DNA of 64,000 nucleotides from Gemmatimonadota bacterium (GTDB lineage Bacteria; Gemmatimonadota; Gemmatimonadetes; Palauibacterales; Palauibacteraceae), in contig JBDHLB010000002.1 in the NCBI GenBank assembly GCA_039586095.1, positions 64,300 through 128,299 of the forward strand. Direction: 5' to 3'. The notes below the pieces were generated by a model. It had not been told where the DNA came from and made no database searches. It saw only the letters and a list, made by a program, of their open reading frames with translations. Positions 60,396-64,000 of this stretch are shown piece by piece; position 1 is the first letter of the stretch; each line of letters starts with the position of its first letter. A program made the translations under genes and the position numbers.

Positions 60396-61603
60396 GGCGT
60401 CGGCTCGGCTGAGACGCGCTTGTAGAGCGACAGGTGGTCCCGAGCACATGCTTCGGTCGTCAGGCCTTCGCTCTTCACGAAATCTCGGGCTCGCTGGCCC
60501 ATCGTGCGGCGCAGCTCAGCGTCTTGGTGCAGTCGCTCGAGCCTTTCCGCGAGTGCCACAGCATCGCGCGAGGGAAAAAGAAACCCCGTCTCGCCATCCC
60601 GGACGAGCTCTCGAGGTCCCGGAATGTCGCTGACCACAGCGGGAACACCCTGAGCCATCGCCTCGAGGATCACCAGACCGCGACCTTCATGGATCGACGG
60701 CAGCACCACAACGTCACTGGCCTTCAGCCAAGCCGCGACCTGGGCCGGAGGCACCGTGCCCGCGAACGTCACATTGCGAGAGCGAGAACGTCCCACCCGC
60801 TCTCGCAGGGCCTTCTCGCTTGGACCGCCTCCGACCAGAGCGGTAGCGATGGAGTGGCCGGCACGGTCGAGCGCCTGGTGGGCATCGAGCAACGTGTCGA
60901 CCGACTTCGAGGGAATGAGCCGGCCGACAAAGACCACGCGGAGTCCAGGGTGCTCACGAAATGCCATATACTCGTCGCCGGTCGGTATGGCCAACCCTTC
61001 AGACGTGGCCGTAAGATCAACGCCCATGGGGATAAGCCGGATCTGCTCCCCGGGGACGGAGATCGCCTCGAGCAGTCGGGCCTGCCCTTGACTGACCGCG
61101 ACCACAGCTCGGGCGACGCGGCAGACCCGGCGGCTCAGCCAGCGAAGCGGCGGGACGCGCCGGGCAAGCGCAAGATCGGTCCCGTGTGTAGTGACGACCA
61201 GCGGTAGACCATGGCGTCGAGCCGCAATCGCCCCGGCGAGCCCGGCGGGATAGACCCAGTGAGCGTGAACGAGATCAGCGTCCTCCGCGAGCTTGACCGC
61301 TTTGCGGGACAGAGCGCCCACCAGCGTCGGGACCTGCGCCGCCAGCCACGGACGTCGCCTCAGATTGGGCATGATTCCCGCGAAGCCGGCCGCCAGCGAC
61401 TGGCCAGACCGAACCCAGTACTGTGCGCGATGAATCTCGACCCCATCTCGCGTCTCTGTTTCCGCGGCATTCGCGGCGCCGGGTGCAAGCACCGTAACAC
61501 TCTCACCAGCCCGTGCGATCGCCCTTGCCAGCTGGTGGATAAAGAAACCGCGGGCGTCGTCCTCAGTCGCTGGATAGGCGGAGGTGATGAACAATACTCT
61601 CAT
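60392..61603 (-). CDS. Glycosyltransferase family 4 (GT-B, RfaG-like)
   Basis: 'MRVLFITSAYPATEDDARGFFI' N-terminus, and the C-terminal 'LPSIHEGRGLVILEAMAQGVPAVVSDIPGPRELV' (E-x7-E region). Confidence 0.85.
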   Translation of the reverse strand: MRVLFITSAYPATEDDARGFFIHQLARAIARAGESVTVLAPGAANAAETETRDGVEIHRAQYWVRSGQSLAAGFAGIMPNLRRRPWLAAQVPTLVGALSRKAVKLAEDADLVHAHWVYPAGLAGAIAARRHGLPLVVTTHGTDLALARRVPPLRWLSRRVCRVARAVVAVSQGQARLLEAISVPGEQIRLIPMGVDLTATSEGLAIPTGDEYMAFREHPGLRVVFVGRLIPSKSVDTLLDAHQALDRAGHSIATALVGGGPSEKALRERVGRSRSRNVTFAGTVPPAQVAAWLKASDVVVLPSIHEGRGLVILEAMAQGVPAVVSDIPGPRELVRDGETGFLFPSRDAVALAERLERLHQDAELRRTMGQRARDFVKSEGLTTEACARDHLSLYKRVSAEPTP

Positions 61604-61641
61604 CGGTCACTTTCACGTGGGCTGACGGGTGGGAAGCCTGT

Positions 61642-62598
61642 ATGAACCTGAAGCCGAAACTGATCTTCCTCCTCAAGCTCGCCTTCTGGGCAGCCCTGAT
61701 CTACTTCTGCATCGCATTTCTGATTCCCAAGTGGAGGGAACTCCGTCTCACCGAGCGACTGACGGCCCTTCACCCGGGCTGGCTCCTGGCTGCTGGGCTC
61801 GGTTTTCTCGCGCATTACCTGTACCACTTCTCCCTGTGGGCACTTCTGATTCGCCGGCTGGGCTCGCGATCGCCGCTGAAGCTGCTCTTTCGCGCATATT
61901 CGCTTTCGCTCCTTCCCAAGTACATACCGGGAAAAGTCGCGGCTGCCGGTGTCAGGGCCCGTCTTGCGCTCCAGGCCGATGTGGCTGGAACCGATGTGTC
62001 GGCTTCGCTGATATGGGAGACGCTCTTCATCGTGGGAAGCGCGGCGCTTCTTGGCCTTTTGGGACTGTTTGGCAACTCTCTCGAGCCTCTTCATGAGGCG
62101 GCACGCTTGCTCGTGCTCGCGCTCGTGATTGGCTGCACCGGATTCGTGACTCTGGCTGTCGCCGGTATACTCGACCGGCGGTGGACTCGATGGATCGGCC
62201 TCCCCCAACTGAGGCGCCAGCCGCGGTGGATACTGGGTTTTCTATTGCTCTACGGCGCCACATGGCTGACATACGGTGTCGGTCACTTCCTGCTTGCCAA
62301 CGCGGTCATGCCACTGCCGCCCGTCATGTTTCTCCCCCTCAGTGTGGCCCTGGCGGTTTCGTGGAGCGTCGGCTTCGTAAGCTTCATCGCCCCCGCCGGG
62401 CTCGGGGTGCGGGAAGGAGTTCTGTACCTTTTCGTCGTGCCGGTTTTGGGCCCCGGGCAAGCACTCCTGTTCGTGACCCTCAGCCGTGTGATCGCGTTCG
62501 CGGTCGAAGCGCTGCTTACGTTCGTGTGGGCCACTATATGGCTCTTGGACCGCGCAGGTGGAGCGAGGGCGAAGAGCCCTGAAGACCACGACGCCTGA
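61642..62598 (+). CDS. Lysylphosphatidylglycerol-synthase-TM-like (UPF0104, flippase-like) membrane protein
   Basis: 8 TM helices. 'FRAYSLSLLPKYIPGKVAAAGVRARL' and 'IAPAGLGVREGVLY' match the conserved LPG_synthase_TM blocks. Confidence 0.75.
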   Translation: MNLKPKLIFLLKLAFWAALIYFCIAFLIPKWRELRLTERLTALHPGWLLAAGLGFLAHYLYHFSLWALLIRRLGSRSPLKLLFRAYSLSLLPKYIPGKVAAAGVRARLALQADVAGTDVSASLIWETLFIVGSAALLGLLGLFGNSLEPLHEAARLLVLALVIGCTGFVTLAVAGILDRRWTRWIGLPQLRRQPRWILGFLLLYGATWLTYGVGHFLLANAVMPLPPVMFLPLSVALAVSWSVGFVSFIAPAGLGVREGVLYLFVVPVLGPGQALLFVTLSRVIAFAVEALLTFVWATIWLLDRAGGARAKSPEDHDA

Positions 62599-62645
62599 AC
62601 CGCTCCCGCTTGAGCGCGCGACCTCATAGGGTGCACGTTTCTCGT

Positions 62646-63134
62646 ATGGTTCGAAGAGCATTCACCGTCGATGAGGCCAACGCGCTGCTCCCGCACGTGC
62701 GTCGGGTTCTCGAGCGATTGCGGGAGACCGTCTCGCAGGCGGCGGGTCATCGTGACAAGCTCGCCGTGCTCGACGCACTGTGGAGCGAGGAAGTGCGGCA
62801 GGAAAAGAACCCGGACCATGAAGAGTTTGTCGCCCTTCGCGAAGCGCTCGAGCAGGGCGCCGCCGACGTCGAGAGCCTTATCCAGCGCGGGCTCGCGGAG
62901 CGCGGCATCCGCTTCCCGGTCGGCGGACTTCGGAACGGGCTCGTCGACTTTCCAACCACTCTGGACGGACGCTGGATCTATCTCTGCTGGCAGTACGGGG
63001 AAGCGGAGGTCCGGTTCTGGCATGAAGTCGATGGCGGGTATCGGGGTCGGCGTCCGATCACCGCCGAGATCCGTAAACGGCTGGCCCGACCCGACGACCC
63101 CATACGCCACGACCACTCCGCGCTCGACTTCTGA
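62646..63134 (+). CDS. DUF2203 domain-containing protein
   Basis: ATG 62646. 'RAFTVDEANALLPHVRRVLERL' and 'GLVDFPTTLDGRWIYLCWQYGEAEVRFWH' are DUF2203 hallmarks. Confidence 0.75.
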   Translation: MVRRAFTVDEANALLPHVRRVLERLRETVSQAAGHRDKLAVLDALWSEEVRQEKNPDHEEFVALREALEQGAADVESLIQRGLAERGIRFPVGGLRNGLVDFPTTLDGRWIYLCWQYGEAEVRFWHEVDGGYRGRRPITAEIRKRLARPDDPIRHDHSALDF

Positions 63135-63208
63135 GGTAAACGCTCGCCTCGTTCTCCGAGTCTCCTTTACAGAGCGCCACCAGACGGGACCCCCTGGGGA
63201 AGCGCCCT

Positions 63209-63895
63209 TTGAACGCGCGTGACCGACGACACGACCGGGCCGGCGGCGATAACCCATCACGCGGGGAGGATCCCGCTGTGGGGCAGGATCCGGCCTTCGG
63301 GGAGGAGACAGATGACGTCCTCGCCAAACTGGTGCGGGATGCCCGTGATGGGGACGAGCGATCGTTCGGCCGGCTCGCGGAGCGCGTCCGCGCCCGTGTG
63401 TATCGTTGGGCGCTGGCCGTTACGGGCGATCCCGACGAGGCGGAGGACGTCACGCAAGAAGTCCTTCTGCGCCTCCACCGCCACCTGTCGGGCTTCGAGG
63501 GACGGAGTCCGTTCGCGGCGTGGCTCTATCGGATCACCGTCAACGCGGCCTCTTCGGCGCGCAACCGGGCGCGCCGGCGCGCCGCGGCGTCAGAGGCCGG
63601 AGCAGCACCGGCACGACAGGCCGTGGACCTGCAAAATTCGTCGGCCGAGATCCTCGACGAGAGGTTGGACGCCGGTCGTGTGGCCGAGCTCGTCCGGGTC
63701 TACCTCGAGCGACTTCCCGCTCGACAGCGCCAGGTGTTCGACCTGGTGGATCTGCAGGGTCATGCGCCACGTGAGGTTGCCGAGATGATGCAAATGAACC
63801 GGAACACGGTTCGGGCTCACCTCTTCAAGGCCCGCCGGACGATTCGGGGGCACATCCTCCGGCACCATCCGGAGCGCATGGAGGACTTGGCGTGA
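63209..63895 (+). CDS. ECF-type RNA polymerase sigma-70 factor
   Basis: Region 2 'FGRLAERVRARVYRWALAVTGDPDEAEDVTQEVLLRLHRHL...WLYRITVN'. Region 4 'LPARQRQVFDLVDLQGHAPREVAEMMQMNRNTVRAHLFKARRTIR'. The start is uncertain (TTG 63209, or a downstream GTG). Confidence 0.85.
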   Translation: MNARDRRHDRAGGDNPSRGEDPAVGQDPAFGEETDDVLAKLVRDARDGDERSFGRLAERVRARVYRWALAVTGDPDEAEDVTQEVLLRLHRHLSGFEGRSPFAAWLYRITVNAASSARNRARRRAAASEAGAAPARQAVDLQNSSAEILDERLDAGRVAELVRVYLERLPARQRQVFDLVDLQGHAPREVAEMMQMNRNTVRAHLFKARRTIRGHILRHHPERMEDLA

Positions 63896-64000
63896 TGATC
63901 GACGGTTACGACGGCGTCGAACGAACGGAGTGCAGAGCGGCCCGGGAGCAGCTTCTCGAGGCCGACGTCGACGCGCTCGTGGGTGTTGGCGACAGTCCGC
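63895..64000 (+). CDS. Putative anti-sigma factor, 3'-truncated by the window edge
   Basis: ATG 63895 overlaps the sigma-factor stop (TGATG). 'MIDGYDGVERTECRAAREQLLEADVD...' sits in the position typical of a cognate anti-sigma gene. Only 35 codons are visible. Confidence 0.4.
   Translation, partial: MIDGYDGVERTECRAAREQLLEADVDALVGVGDSP

Noticed and set aside
1-64000. Search by eye for CRISPR arrays, rRNA/tRNA genes, IS elements, integrases, phage genes and known defence-system signatures.
   Set aside because: None was recognised. The only repeats are the short tandem units listed. Absence cannot be proven without tRNAscan/Infernal/ISfinder/DefenseFinder runs.

Overview
This is a 64-kb, high-GC bacterial chromosomal segment. 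My hand counts of individual 60-nt lines give about 65-72% GC over most of the window. I call about 58 protein-coding genes. I recognised no rRNA, tRNA, CRISPR array, transposase or integrase. The gene content is secreted proteases (M16, TolB-like, S9, tricorn), lipoproteins, an ECF sigma factor and Ser/Thr kinases. That mix resembles Gemmatimonadota-like or similar environmental bacteria; this is inference only. Housekeeping and transport genes: ubiE (5'-truncated), an ABC-2 exporter pair, a tupABC-like tungstate/molybdate importer, tdk, a class A PBP, a MATE exporter, icd, a TLC/Npt-like transporter and a GT4/methyltransferase/GT-C envelope cluster. Accessory content: two unrelated vapBC modules that share a TTGACA, SD-less (probably leaderless) promoter geometry; several perfect or near-perfect tandem DNA repeats in divergent promoter regions; one possible methyltransferase gene relic and a possibly truncated small ORF (32028-32267); and a coding-like in-frame continuation past a TGA stop. 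The most interesting region is about 21.9-29.8 kb. It holds a Zn-ribbon/STK/FGE-sulfatase/alpha-beta-hydrolase megaprotein. Divergent from it is a GGDEF cyclase whose N-terminal half looks like a cysteine-less [FeFe]-hydrogenase H-domain. In that cyclase the guanine-specificity Asp is replaced by Asn. A translationally coupled unknown 241-aa protein follows. Immediately after it comes a sharply bounded ~5-kb low-GC island (about 45-60% GC by hand count). The island carries a 15-codon uORF with a perfect SD, a multi-TM HD-GYP phosphodiesterase and a convergent 1099-aa SARP/STAND/TPR regulator. All functional calls rest on motif recognition by eye; no database search was possible. Start codons are often uncertain because of high-GC ORF over-extension.
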